Below are positions 1 through 9,573 of a stretch of 64,000 nucleotides of DNA, piece by piece. A model generated the notes under the pieces. That model saw only the letters and a list, made by a program, of their open reading frames with translations, made no database searches and was not told the origin of the DNA. The stretch is from Candidatus Altimarinota bacterium (lineage in GTDB: Bacteria; Patescibacteriota; Gracilibacteria; UBA4473): positions 224,001 through 288,000 of the forward strand of contig OZ246423.1 of NCBI GenBank assembly GCA_965231215.1, written 5' to 3'. The translations under genes and the position numbers were made by a program. Every line of letters starts with the position of its first letter. Position 1 is the first letter of the stretch.

Positions 1-840
1 TAATTGATTCAGCATAATGCCAATATTTTCTTCTGAAAAGATAGGAATCATTGCCTCCGGACGAGTTAGCAGTATAAAATTTGGCTGCAAAATTCCAAAA
101 GCTGGTTGGGTTAATTTATCAATTTTATCCAAGCTATCTTGCGTGATCTCTACAATCAATTTGTCTCTCAAATCAAACTTTATATCTGGTGAAAGCAGTT
201 TCCAAAACTGACTAAATGACTGAATCCCTCGGGTTGAGTTTGTATAAAAAATAATGCTAGAAGCCTCTTGAAGCTGATCAAAATTTTCTTGGAATTTACG
301 GATAAAATCATCCTCTACAGATAAATCACTCGACTCCCCAGACACCATAATTTTTTGAAGTAAAATCCCTTTTTCAGCCGCCTCTTTTTCAATCTCAGTA
401 AGAGACTCCCCCAGACCATCTGTAATCAAAACTATCTTACGAGTATAAACCAAAATTCGCTTAGCAATAGTGGCTCGTTTTTTCCCCTGAGTCACGACCA
501 ATTCCACCTTATAGGAACCTGGTTGGGCAAAGACATGCTTGACCTTTTCTCCACGAGCTTTTTCTAAATCTCCAAAGTCCCAGTAATAATTAGGTGTTCC
601 AAAGTTAGAAAGTGAGACAATTTTAGAACTCGTCGCATCAAACAAAATTTCTTGCCCCAACTCAATACTGTCTGGAGTCGTAATTATGGGGTCTATATCC
701 CCTTCATCCAAATTTTCCATATTGGCTTCTAACACACTTTCATCTACTACAAATTCAGCATCTGCAACTTCCGCTTCTTGAGCCAAAGCTAAGCCATATA
801 ATTGCCATAACAAAACCGTTAAAATAAATAATCTCTGCAT
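1..840 (-). CDS. Exported PKD-domain protein (partial, runs off the left edge)
   Basis: Not in the ORF track. Hand translation from ATG at 840 gives MQRFIILTVLLWQLYGLALAQE (signal peptide) and a PKD signature (FDATSS...YYWDFGD...VKHVFAQPGSYKVELVV); open to position 1. Confidence 0.8.
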   Translation of the reverse strand, partial: MQRLFILTVLLWQLYGLALAQEAEVADAEFVVDESVLEANMENLDEGDIDPIITTPDSIELGQEILFDATSSKIVSLSNFGTPNYYWDFGDLEKARGEKVKHVFAQPGSYKVELVVTQGKKRATIAKRILVYTRKIVLITDGLGESLTEIEKEAAEKGILLQKIMVSGESSDLSVEDDFIRKFQENFDQLQEASSIIFYTNSTRGIQSFSQFWKLLSPDIKFDLRDKLIVEITQDSLDKIDKLTQPAFGILQPNFILLTRPEAMIPIFSEENIGIMLNQL

Positions 841-941
841 CACGTTTATGGTATAAAAGTATTTATAATTTTCAATTGTGAATTTGCAATTTAAGTGGTC
901 TCAATTAATACTTATATCTAGTTCTCCACACTTAAAAAAAT

Positions 942-1379
942 ATGCAGGTACAGATTTACAGAATTGATAAAGATCTTGAATGCCCAAAATATGAGACTGA
1001 TGGCAGCTTTGGATTTGATTTTACGGCAAGAGAAGAAACCACTATTCCACCACAAGAAGTAGGATTTATTCCCAGCAATACCATCATCAAATGCCCAAAA
1101 AATCTAGCGCTACTGATCCTCCCACGCAGCTCTACTTACAGAAAAAAGGGACTAATGTTTCCCCATTCTATTGGGCTTATTGATCAAGACTACTGTGGCC
1201 CAGAAGATGAAATTTTGATCCAGGTTATCAACTTTGGGAAAGCCCCCATCATCATCAAAAGAGGTGAGCGCATCGCCCAAGGGCTTTTTGTACAAACACA
1301 AAATGTCGAGTTTATTGAGGTAGAAAAAGAATTTCTAGGAAAAAACTCACGTGGAGGATTTGGATCTACAGGACATTAA
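942..1379 (+). CDS. dut: dUTP diphosphatase
   Basis: Motifs GFDF, PRSS, GLIDQDYCG, GERIAQ, RGGFGSTG. Confidence 0.95.
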   Translation: MQVQIYRIDKDLECPKYETDGSFGFDFTAREETTIPPQEVGFIPSNTIIKCPKNLALLILPRSSTYRKKGLMFPHSIGLIDQDYCGPEDEILIQVINFGKAPIIIKRGERIAQGLFVQTQNVEFIEVEKEFLGKNSRGGFGSTGH

Positions 1380-1380
1380 T

Positions 1381-2298
1381 ATGACCTCAAAAAATAACCT
1401 TATCAGTGTTGCCCAAAAGTTCCTTGAAAAAGAAGACCTCAAGGATCAGAAAATTTTGTTAATGGTTTCGGGGGGGGTGGATTCAGTGGTTATGTTAGAA
1501 GTATTTTCACAGATTTTAGATCCAAAATTATTAGCGGTGTTTCACCTAAATCATAACCTCAGAGTCGAATCGGAAGAAGATTCAAAATTTGTACAAAAAA
1601 TTTGTTCAAAAAAGAAAATAAAATTCTATACTCAGACCCTTAAAAAAGAATCACACCTCCAAAATCAAGAAAATAATTGGCGGAAATTAAGACAAAAATT
1701 TTCATCCCAATTCGCTAAAGAGTTTGGGAGCCAGCGAATACTTACCTCGCACCATGCAACCGATTTAGTCGAGACTATGATTTTCCGTTTGACCAAAGGG
1801 AGTGGGCCTTCTGGACTTTCTCCTTTTGATATTTCAACCAAACCATTTTGGAAAATCCCAAAAACTGAAATCATTGATTTTGCTGAAAAAAACAAACTTG
1901 AATGGCGTGAAGATTACACAAATTTGAACACAAATTTTGAACGAAACTTAATACGGTTAAAAGTACTCCCACATCTTCAAAAAATCACTCCAAATCTAGA
2001 AAAAGTTTTTATCAGAGAAGCTCAAAATTTTGGAGAAATTGATAACTTTCTAGATGAAACAGTTGCCCCTTTGATCCATAAAAAAAGTATAGCTCTAAAA
2101 GATTTTTTATTACTCCATCCAGCCCTGCAAAAAGTATTACTCCATAAAATTGCGGATACTGCCGTGAGTAGCTCTGAAGTTGAAGACTGCCTAAAATGGC
2201 TTAAAAATCAACCACGTGGAAATTCTCAGAAACCACTGGGGCTGAAGCAACTCCATATACAAAACCATCAGCTCTTTTGGGAGAAGTCTCTGTCGTAA
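1381..2298 (+). CDS. tilS: tRNA(Ile)-lysidine synthetase (short form)
   Basis: PP-loop SGGVDS, HLNHNLR, HHATDLVET, EDYTN...RNLIR. Start moved to ATG 1381, just after the dut stop. Confidence 0.92.
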   Translation: MTSKNNLISVAQKFLEKEDLKDQKILLMVSGGVDSVVMLEVFSQILDPKLLAVFHLNHNLRVESEEDSKFVQKICSKKKIKFYTQTLKKESHLQNQENNWRKLRQKFSSQFAKEFGSQRILTSHHATDLVETMIFRLTKGSGPSGLSPFDISTKPFWKIPKTEIIDFAEKNKLEWREDYTNLNTNFERNLIRLKVLPHLQKITPNLEKVFIREAQNFGEIDNFLDETVAPLIHKKSIALKDFLLLHPALQKVLLHKIADTAVSSSEVEDCLKWLKNQPRGNSQKPLGLKQLHIQNHQLFWEKSLS

Positions 2299-2325
2299 TT
2301 CTAGTTCGTCCTTTGCTCTTCCCAT

Positions 2326-4002
2326 TTACTTTAACCAATCACTGACTTTTTCAAAGTACGCTTCCTCAAAATAGTCTTTCATCCCCTGCTTAGTCACCCA
2401 TTTGTATTCAATGATTTCTTCATTATCTACTTCAACGTTGCCTTCAATATACTCGGCATAAAAGAAAGAAACTTTAGCCCCAACAATACCTTCATCATGT
2501 CTATCAAAATCAAACGGGAAGAAATATTTGTAGTCCCCTACAGGTTTCTCTCCTTTAAATTTTATAACCAAATCAGATCCACATTCTTCTCTTAGTTCTC
2601 TTTTAGCGGCTTGAAGCCAAGCTTCTTCCGCCTCTACTCCGCCTTGTGGAAATTGCCAGGCATGGGCTTTTCGAGGTTTTTTAACAATAAGATATTTGTC
2701 CCTACCACACTTGATCCCCACTCGATGTACAATCACTGAACTAACGGGCCTTAACTGGCCTTCCCAGTCAGCTAACTCCAACCAAAAATCAGGCCAAGTT
2801 TTGGCTACGCAGTGAGGGTCGGTTATCTGAAAATTTAACGGTTGAGTCGATCTTAAAATCCCAAAACACATTGCAATTCTATGATCATCAAAACTATCAA
2901 TAACCATCTCTGCTCCGCCCTTGATTTCATCACCTCCAACAATAGTTACCTCATCCCCAAACGTATTTAAATTGACACCAAACGCTCTGAGTTGTTCCAT
3001 CGCTACAATCCGGTCACACTCTTTTACTCGCAAACTTTCAAGGCCTGTAAACTTAGAGGTTCCCTTAGCTACACTCGCCAATACCATGCCCGTCATACTC
3101 ACATCTGGCATAGCCGACCAATCAAAATCCCCTATTGGGGCAATGATTTTAGGCGGTTTTAGGAGCACTTTTTCCCCTGAGCGTGTGATCTTAGCACCAC
3201 ATTTTTTAATAATTTCTAAAAATCCTTCATCTCCTTGAAAAGTGTGAGATCCAAAATTTTCAATACAAATAGATTCACCACTCAAAACCGACCAAGCTAA
3301 AGGATAAGAGGCTGAACTCATATCAGCTGGAACTTGAAATTCTGATGGCGCCTCAAATCCAGGGCTGATTTTATACTCTAGCCAATCATCACTCACTTGA
3401 ATATTCACCCCCCAAAGTCTAAGCAGATCAACCGTCATTTGCACATACGGCAGACTGGGGATACTATCGATAATAGTGATATTTAAACCATTTTTAAGTC
3501 TTGGAGCTACCAAAAGTAAGCCGCTTAAAAATTGGGAAGAAATTCTTCCAGAAATTTTAACCTCTGTCCCAATATTCCCAGAAGCCCTCAATTGAGCTGG
3601 CAAATATCCAGTATTTTTCTGATATTCAATGCTCACCCCTAAAGCCTCTAGAGCCTGCATAAGATCTTCTTGTGGACGTGCTTGCATTCGTTCAATTCCC
3701 GTCAACACATAAGCTCCTTCTATAACCAAAGACAACGCCGAAAGGAAACGCGCTGCTGTTCCCGCATTCCCAATAAAAATTTCTTGCCCATTGGCTTTTA
3801 GTACTGGAGGGGGCGTCACTTTTACGGCTGTTTGTGAAATTTCTTCAATCTTTACCCCAAAACTTCGGAGCGCTTCACGCATATACTGTGAATCATCTGA
3901 ATCCAAAATATTTTTAAGCACCACTGGCCTATCTGAAATGCCAGCTAAAACTAACATACGATTAGTAATAGACTTACTCCCTGGCACATAAACTTTTTTC
4001 AT
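2326..4002 (-). CDS. aroA: EPSP synthase fused to a C-terminal Nudix hydrolase domain
   Basis: PGSKSITNR, GNAGTAARFL, SSQFLS, LRVKECDRI, DDHRIAM, CVAKTWPDF; then a Nudix box GGVEAEEAWLQAAKRELREECG. Confidence 0.92.
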   Translation of the reverse strand: MKKVYVPGSKSITNRMLVLAGISDRPVVLKNILDSDDSQYMREALRSFGVKIEEISQTAVKVTPPPVLKANGQEIFIGNAGTAARFLSALSLVIEGAYVLTGIERMQARPQEDLMQALEALGVSIEYQKNTGYLPAQLRASGNIGTEVKISGRISSQFLSGLLLVAPRLKNGLNITIIDSIPSLPYVQMTVDLLRLWGVNIQVSDDWLEYKISPGFEAPSEFQVPADMSSASYPLAWSVLSGESICIENFGSHTFQGDEGFLEIIKKCGAKITRSGEKVLLKPPKIIAPIGDFDWSAMPDVSMTGMVLASVAKGTSKFTGLESLRVKECDRIVAMEQLRAFGVNLNTFGDEVTIVGGDEIKGGAEMVIDSFDDHRIAMCFGILRSTQPLNFQITDPHCVAKTWPDFWLELADWEGQLRPVSSVIVHRVGIKCGRDKYLIVKKPRKAHAWQFPQGGVEAEEAWLQAAKRELREECGSDLVIKFKGEKPVGDYKYFFPFDFDRHDEGIVGAKVSFFYAEYIEGNVEVDNEEIIEYKWVTKQGMKDYFEEAYFEKVSDWLK

Positions 4003-4187
4003 GTGTACCTAAAATACAAAGTCTAGGAGATTAATCAAAGGAAGCCCCTTATTAAAATCATCCTTTCTAGAATTTTCTTGGAGAAATAGAAGCAAACATT
4101 CAATAAAGTTTTTGCACTACCAGCCAAATTTTGACCAATTACATAAAGCCATTGATTCTTCCCTTCCGATATCCGATAATTACATCG

Positions 4188-4895
4188 ATGCGTTTTGATA
4201 TTCTCACCCTTTTTCCTGAAGCCTTTAAAAGTTTTACCTCTACCTCAATCATTGGTCGAGCCATTGAATCAGGCCTAATAGAAATAAATCTTTTTGATAT
4301 TAGAGATTTCACTGAAGATAAACATAAAAAAGTAGATGATATTCCTTATGGAGGCGGAGCGGGAATGGTCATGATGTGCCAACCACTTTTTGATAGCATA
4401 AATCATGTAAAAGAACTCCTAGATGATCAAGCTCCAGTGATTTTCTTTACGCCTAGTGAAACCGTGCTTAATCAAGCAATAGCTGAGTCATATGTTCAAA
4501 ACACAAACAAAGTTTCCCGGGTGATTCTGCTCTGTGGACACTATGAAGGAATTGACCAAAGAATAAGAGACCACCTAGTGGATCAAGAAATCTCAGTGGG
4601 CAATTTCGTCTTAACCGGTGGTGAACTTCCGGCTCAAGTATTTATCGATAGTATCGCTCGGCTCATCCCAGGAGTCATAGGCAAAGAAGAAAGTCATCAG
4701 GAAGAAAGTTTTTCTGATGTTTTAGGCAGAGATGTGATAGAATACCCCCACTTCACCAGACCAGAAACCTTTAATGGCTGGTCTGTCCCTGAAGTCTTAC
4801 TCTCTGGTCATCATGCGAATATAGAAAATTGGCGAAAAGAGCAATGTGACCAGATTGACCGAACAAAGGCGGAGAGCGACAGCGCGCCTGAGTGA
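4188..4895 (+). CDS. trmD: tRNA (guanine37-N1)-methyltransferase
   Basis: MRFDILTLFPE, VDDIPYGGGAGMVM, CGHYEGIDQR, SVGNFVLTGGE, VPEVLLSGHH; start at ATG 4188. Confidence 0.96.
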   Translation: MRFDILTLFPEAFKSFTSTSIIGRAIESGLIEINLFDIRDFTEDKHKKVDDIPYGGGAGMVMMCQPLFDSINHVKELLDDQAPVIFFTPSETVLNQAIAESYVQNTNKVSRVILLCGHYEGIDQRIRDHLVDQEISVGNFVLTGGELPAQVFIDSIARLIPGVIGKEESHQEESFSDVLGRDVIEYPHFTRPETFNGWSVPEVLLSGHHANIENWRKEQCDQIDRTKAESDSAPE

Positions 4896-5170
4896 GGAGA
4901 GGCGGAATTGACAAAGTAAGCGTAGTTTCTTGCCAAAGAAACAAAGCGCACGAAGTCAATGACAACGACGGTCATCATGCGAATATAGAAAACTGGCGAA
5001 AAGAGCAATGTGACCAGATTGACCGAACAAAGGCGGAGAGCGACAGCGCGCCTGAGTGAGGAGAGGCGGAATTGACAAAGTAAGCGTAGTTTCTTACCAA
5101 AGAAACAAAGCGCACGAAGTCAATGACAACGACGGTCATCATGCGAATATAGAAAACTGGCGAAAAGAGC
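4806..5170 (+). repeat. 164-bp tandem repeat: 37-bp trmD 3' segment x3 separated by a 127-bp palindromic element x2
   Basis: GGTCATCATGCGAATATAGAAAAYTGGCGAAAAGAGC at 4806, 4970 and 5134; the intervening 127-bp units are near-identical. Confidence 0.95.
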
Positions 5171-5244
5171 CTCCAAACCTAGTAAAAAAAATTGAAAAAA
5201 AACTTAAAATAAGGTATAATTACTGGAAATAAACATAAAACTAT

Positions 5245-6048
5245 ATGGATACCCAAGAGGAAAAAAGATATCTAAACCAAACCACACTTTCACGAGTATT
5301 CTTACGGTTTGGACTAGGCTTCGGAGCTGGGGGGGTAGGCACCATTGTTTTAGGTATTGTGTTGCTGTTTACTTGGTCCATTGTTGGAGATGTACTGATG
5401 CCAACTTCGTACCAAATACAAAATGAATTTGGAGAAACCCTCTCACACAAAGAGCAAACTCATCCATTGTTCTTGAGTATCGTTGTCTTAGCCGTATTTC
5501 TAGCGACCTTAGTCTCAAACCTCTTTTACTGTACTATAAGCTCTACCGTAGAGGAAAAATATAAATCTACCACAACAAATCTAACCCAGGTATTTCTTGG
5601 GAATGTCGTTATATTAGTACTTTTTATTGTTGTATACCTTATTGCCAGCAGCAAATACGGAGCTCTAGGCGTTGCCTTAACCGCCCTTGCTCACGCTGTA
5701 ATGACTACTATATTTACTTTTATGTCGCTCGAAATTCTAAGTACCCGAGCCTATTTGCTGGTGAGTCTTTATGGCTCTATGCTCGGGATAGCTTTGTTTT
5801 TGATGTGTCTTAATTTCATAGGAGGCGGCAATCCAACGATCCTTACTTTCCTCACCCTCCCGATACTCATGAGTATGGTTGCTGGTGGAAGCGGGATTGT
5901 ACAAATGTTCTACAGCTGGCTACAAGAAAATTATAACAATGATTTTCTCCATACCGACAAACGATTTGGAACTGATTACGGAAGAGAAGAAAACATTGAT
6001 GAAATTGACATCTTAGACTTTGATGAAGACGGCGCCTTAGAAGATTAA
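5245..6048 (+). CDS. Hypothetical multi-pass membrane protein
   Basis: 267-aa ORF with about 6 hydrophobic segments and an acidic tail. Confidence 0.8.
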   Translation: MDTQEEKRYLNQTTLSRVFLRFGLGFGAGGVGTIVLGIVLLFTWSIVGDVLMPTSYQIQNEFGETLSHKEQTHPLFLSIVVLAVFLATLVSNLFYCTISSTVEEKYKSTTTNLTQVFLGNVVILVLFIVVYLIASSKYGALGVALTALAHAVMTTIFTFMSLEILSTRAYLLVSLYGSMLGIALFLMCLNFIGGGNPTILTFLTLPILMSMVAGGSGIVQMFYSWLQENYNNDFLHTDKRFGTDYGREENIDEIDILDFDEDGALED

Positions 6049-6362
6049 TTTGCTTCTAGCACTTCTTCTCCTTCACTTTCTATAACCTCTTCCTCGGGTT
6101 TTTGAAGACATTCTACATTTATGAGGGTGACTCTTTTTTGATCAATAAAAGCATCAAAGGCTTCACAAATTTGAGCTCTATCAATAATACTATTAATGGT
6201 ATCAAACTGAGCTTTTTCATATCCAGTTTTAAAACTAAACTTTAGGCCCTCGTTCCATAAATCATGCACAATATAAACACTCGAAAGCACTACCCAAACA
6301 AAAATGAGGATCGTTCCGATACTTTTAACTTTAGAATTTTCACTTTTTTTGGCCTTTTTCAT
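6045..6362 (-). CDS. Hypothetical single-pass membrane protein
   Basis: 105-aa ORF with an N-terminal TM helix. Confidence 0.7.
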   Translation of the reverse strand: MKKAKKSENSKVKSIGTILIFVWVVLSSVYIVHDLWNEGLKFSFKTGYEKAQFDTINSIIDRAQICEAFDAFIDQKRVTLINVECLQKPEEEVIESEGEEVLEAN

Positions 6363-6549
6363 CAGTAAAGAGCGGTTAATTTTCTATATTATTAACCGCT
6401 CAAAAAAAATCGACAATCAAAAATTTAAAAAACAATGTCACAGATTTAGCATTTAGGTCGTCACATTTTTTGTAAAAAAAACTTTGCACCTAAACTTTAA
6501 GTCCAATAGACTTTAGGCTGAATCAATTTATTACTTATTTTGTTTACCC

Positions 6550-7209
6550 ATGAAAACCGCTAGAAACCTATTTTTGTTTACCCTAGGAGTCCTTACAGCC
6601 TCTGCCAGTTTTGCTTATACAGAACAATTTGACGATGGCTTTGATAATCCGCTTCAACCCAACGGACAAAAGTACGCCGCTGAAAGACTTGATGAAGCTG
6701 TAAAACAACGACACTACTACTATTTAAAAAACAAAATTAGAAATGGTCAGTACAAAAATCGAAAACAACAACTCTACCGACATCTAATTAGTCGAGCTAA
6801 AAAGAACGCCCCTCAAAGATCGACACAAGCCAAACGAACTGGAGCACTTCAAGATGTTCCTGATTATGCTCACAGAAGACACAGCAGTAGTTTGGTCACT
6901 GATGTACCAAATAACCCAAAAAGAAATTTTAGAGTTCGAGCCTACGATTACTACGTAGAAGGAGGGGAAGCTGGAGAAGAAGCCCTTACTGAAGATGTGA
7001 TTAACATGGCTACTCATCGAGTGCCTCGGATTGGACATAACAAAGCAAGCAGTCTTTCTTCTGTGGCTGACGTATTAGCCGCTATCCGAAACCAACAAAG
7101 AAAAATTGGAACTTCTGGCCGTGTTCCTGCAGGCCACCAAGCCACTACTTTTAGAAGAGGTGATTCTAGCCGAAATTTTCTGCACCCTTACATGAATTTT
7201 GATCAGTAA
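6550..7209 (+). CDS. Hypothetical secreted basic protein
   Basis: Signal peptide (ASASFA), Arg/Lys-rich body, followed by a terminator. Confidence 0.75.
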   Translation: MKTARNLFLFTLGVLTASASFAYTEQFDDGFDNPLQPNGQKYAAERLDEAVKQRHYYYLKNKIRNGQYKNRKQQLYRHLISRAKKNAPQRSTQAKRTGALQDVPDYAHRRHSSSLVTDVPNNPKRNFRVRAYDYYVEGGEAGEEALTEDVINMATHRVPRIGHNKASSLSSVADVLAAIRNQQRKIGTSGRVPAGHQATTFRRGDSSRNFLHPYMNFDQ

Positions 7210-7231
7210 GGCTTAACCTTTAAAATATTTC

Positions 7232-7265
7232 AAAAAATGGTTCGAATACTCGAGCCATTTTTTTT
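7232..7265 (+). terminator. Intrinsic terminator
   Basis: AAAAAATGGTTCGA-atac-TCGAGCCATTTTTTTT hairpin with T tract. Confidence 0.75.
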
Positions 7266-7315
7266 ATCTTGAAAAAATTTTTGAATTTGTATAAATAAGA
7301 TAATCCACAAACAAT

Positions 7316-8683
7316 ATGGAAGGAAATTCATTTGATAGCCAGTCTGGGCCACCTCAAGCTTTAGAAGCCGAAAAATCATTACTCGGGTGCTTGCTTTTGG
7401 ATAAAGATGCAACACTAAAGATCGCTGATTTTCTACTCCCTGATGATTTTTATCATGACCATCACAAAGCTATATATGAATGTTGTTTAGAACTGTTCCA
7501 AAGAGCCGAACCTGTAGATGTCGTAACCGTCGCCACAAAGTTAGAAGGCAAACAAAAACTGGAGCTTATTGGAGGTCCTGAATATTTAGCCGAACTTCAA
7601 AATACTGTCCCGGTAACAACCCACATCTTTCAATACGCACAACTTATTAAACACAGAGCGACCCTCCGAAAACTGATCGTAGCTGGAAATGAAATTAAGG
7701 CCTTAGGGTTTAGCGCTGATGATTCAATTGATACGCTCTTAGAACGAGCCGAAAAACAAGTTTTCTCTATTTCTCAAACCTTTTTAAGAAATCGATTCAT
7801 CTCCATCAAAGAGGTACTAAGCGATAGCTATGAGCGTATTTCTGAAATTCATGAAAACCCAGAGCTCGCTCAACAAAATCGAATCCCAACACATTTTCGA
7901 GAATTAGACAGCAAACTGAACGGTGGATTTAATAGATCCGACTTGATAATACTAGCCGCTCGACCTTCTATGGGAAAAAGTGCGTTAGCCCTAGCCATCA
8001 CCCAAAACGCAGCCATTAACCATGGCAAAAAAGTGGGAGTCATTGCGCTAGAGATGTCCAAAGAACAAATTGTAGAAAGAATGTTCTGTGGTTTATTAGG
8101 CGTAGACTCTTGGAAATTACATAAAGGAAAATTAGACGATAGCGATTTTGAAAGAATGGGGCCCGTCATGGATAAGCTCGGGAATGCCCCAATCTTTATA
8201 GACGACTCTATGGGAGCCTCTATCGCAGAACTTCGAGCTAAAGTTCGAAGACTACAGATGGAACACGGACTTGATATGCTGGTTATTGATTACCTCCAAC
8301 TCATGAGTGGAGAAAACCCCCTAAATCGAGTACAAGAAATATCAGAAATTTCACGAAGCCTTAAAGAATTAGCGCGAGAACTGAACATCCCCGTAATCGC
8401 CCTTTCCCAGTTATCTCGTTCTGTTGAGTCTCGACCAGACAAAAGACCTATTCTTTCAGATTTAAGAGACTCTGGTTCTATTGAACAAGATGCCGATGTA
8501 GTGATGATGCTGTACCGAGAAGATTACTACAATGAAGACTGTGCAGAAGATGAAAAAAACACCTTAGAAGTAAACGTGATTAAACACCGTAACGGAGCAA
8601 TCGGAAGAATGAGCCTGTTTTTTGATAAAAGCCGAATGAAATTTGCAGACCTCGATAATACGCATAGGCAAGCAGGGTTTTAA
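7316..8683 (+). CDS. dnaB: Replicative DNA helicase
   Basis: AARPSMGKS, IDYLQLM, ALSQLSR, SDLRDSGSIEQDAD, KHRNG; no intein. Confidence 0.97.
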   Translation: MEGNSFDSQSGPPQALEAEKSLLGCLLLDKDATLKIADFLLPDDFYHDHHKAIYECCLELFQRAEPVDVVTVATKLEGKQKLELIGGPEYLAELQNTVPVTTHIFQYAQLIKHRATLRKLIVAGNEIKALGFSADDSIDTLLERAEKQVFSISQTFLRNRFISIKEVLSDSYERISEIHENPELAQQNRIPTHFRELDSKLNGGFNRSDLIILAARPSMGKSALALAITQNAAINHGKKVGVIALEMSKEQIVERMFCGLLGVDSWKLHKGKLDDSDFERMGPVMDKLGNAPIFIDDSMGASIAELRAKVRRLQMEHGLDMLVIDYLQLMSGENPLNRVQEISEISRSLKELARELNIPVIALSQLSRSVESRPDKRPILSDLRDSGSIEQDADVVMMLYREDYYNEDCAEDEKNTLEVNVIKHRNGAIGRMSLFFDKSRMKFADLDNTHRQAGF

Positions 8684-8748
8684 GGCACAGTGTGAAACCT
8701 GCTTCCGGCTCTTTTACCCGAAGAAAACACAGGCCTCACCATTTTGGT

Positions 8749-9540
8749 TTATGCTAAATTAATCCATTCAATGTCAGCTCTTCCACGCCACCAAGTGAGC
8801 TGCCTTTTGGCGTAGTTTCTATTTCGCTGTTGATTTAGTTTTAACGCTTCTTCGTATGTAGACGTACCTTCAAGGTAAGCTTGGATTTCCTTGTATCCAA
8901 AACTCGTAAAAGCACTTTTTGTAATACCCGGATATTTTTCTAAAACCATCTTTGTTTCTTCAATCAGTCCATTTTCAAATTGATATTCAGCTCGCCGATT
9001 TATACGATCATATAATACTTCTCTATCCCACTGCAGCCCCAACTTTAAAAAAGGCCATAGAGGCGCAGATTTCTGTGTTGATTTTTCAAATATTGAGTCT
9101 CCATCGTTGCTAGGATTTTCACTAAATACGTAGTTTTCAGAAATAGCATCAAGCCATAGCATCGTCCCTCCACATAAAACCGGAATATTCCCACGATCAA
9201 GAATTGCTTTAATCGTTTTAAACCCATAAGCCTTAAATTTCACCACATCGTAGGATTCATCCAAGTTCACTAAATTAATACCATGATGAACCACGCCTTG
9301 ACTTTCTTCTTTGGTGATTTTAGCTGAGCTAATATCACAATCTTTGTAAACCTGCCTAGAATCTACTGAAATTATTTCAACTTCACGATTCAATTTTGAG
9401 GCGATAAATTGAGCCACTTCTATAGAAAACCCTGTTTTCCCACTAGCGGTTGGGCCAATTATTTCCAAGACCCCTTGAGGGTTTTCTTCAAGAAATTCTG
9501 CAACTTTAAGGCTTAATGAAGAATCTAAAATTTTAGGCAT
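8749..9540 (-). CDS. miaA: tRNA dimethylallyltransferase (internally shortened)
   Basis: GPTASGKT, DSRQVY, GGTMLW, FGYKE, RNYAKRQLTW. Start moved to 9540 because the track start overlaps tRNA-Val. Confidence 0.92.
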   Translation of the reverse strand: MPKILDSSLSLKVAEFLEENPQGVLEIIGPTASGKTGFSIEVAQFIASKLNREVEIISVDSRQVYKDCDISSAKITKEESQGVVHHGINLVNLDESYDVVKFKAYGFKTIKAILDRGNIPVLCGGTMLWLDAISENYVFSENPSNDGDSIFEKSTQKSAPLWPFLKLGLQWDREVLYDRINRRAEYQFENGLIEETKMVLEKYPGITKSAFTSFGYKEIQAYLEGTSTYEEALKLNQQRNRNYAKRQLTWWRGRADIEWINLA

Positions 9541-9573
9541 ACTTTTAAACAACCTAAACATTACACAAAAAAA

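Noticed and set aside
1381-2298. tilS as a pseudogene because the C-terminal domain is missing
   Set aside because: Short TilS forms are known and all catalytic motifs are intact.
4806-5170. Possible CRISPR array (37-bp repeats x3)
   Set aside because: The spacers are 127 bp and near-identical, the repeat is trmD coding sequence, and no cas genes are present.
7316-8683. Intein in dnaB
   Set aside because: The length (455 aa) and motif spacing are normal.
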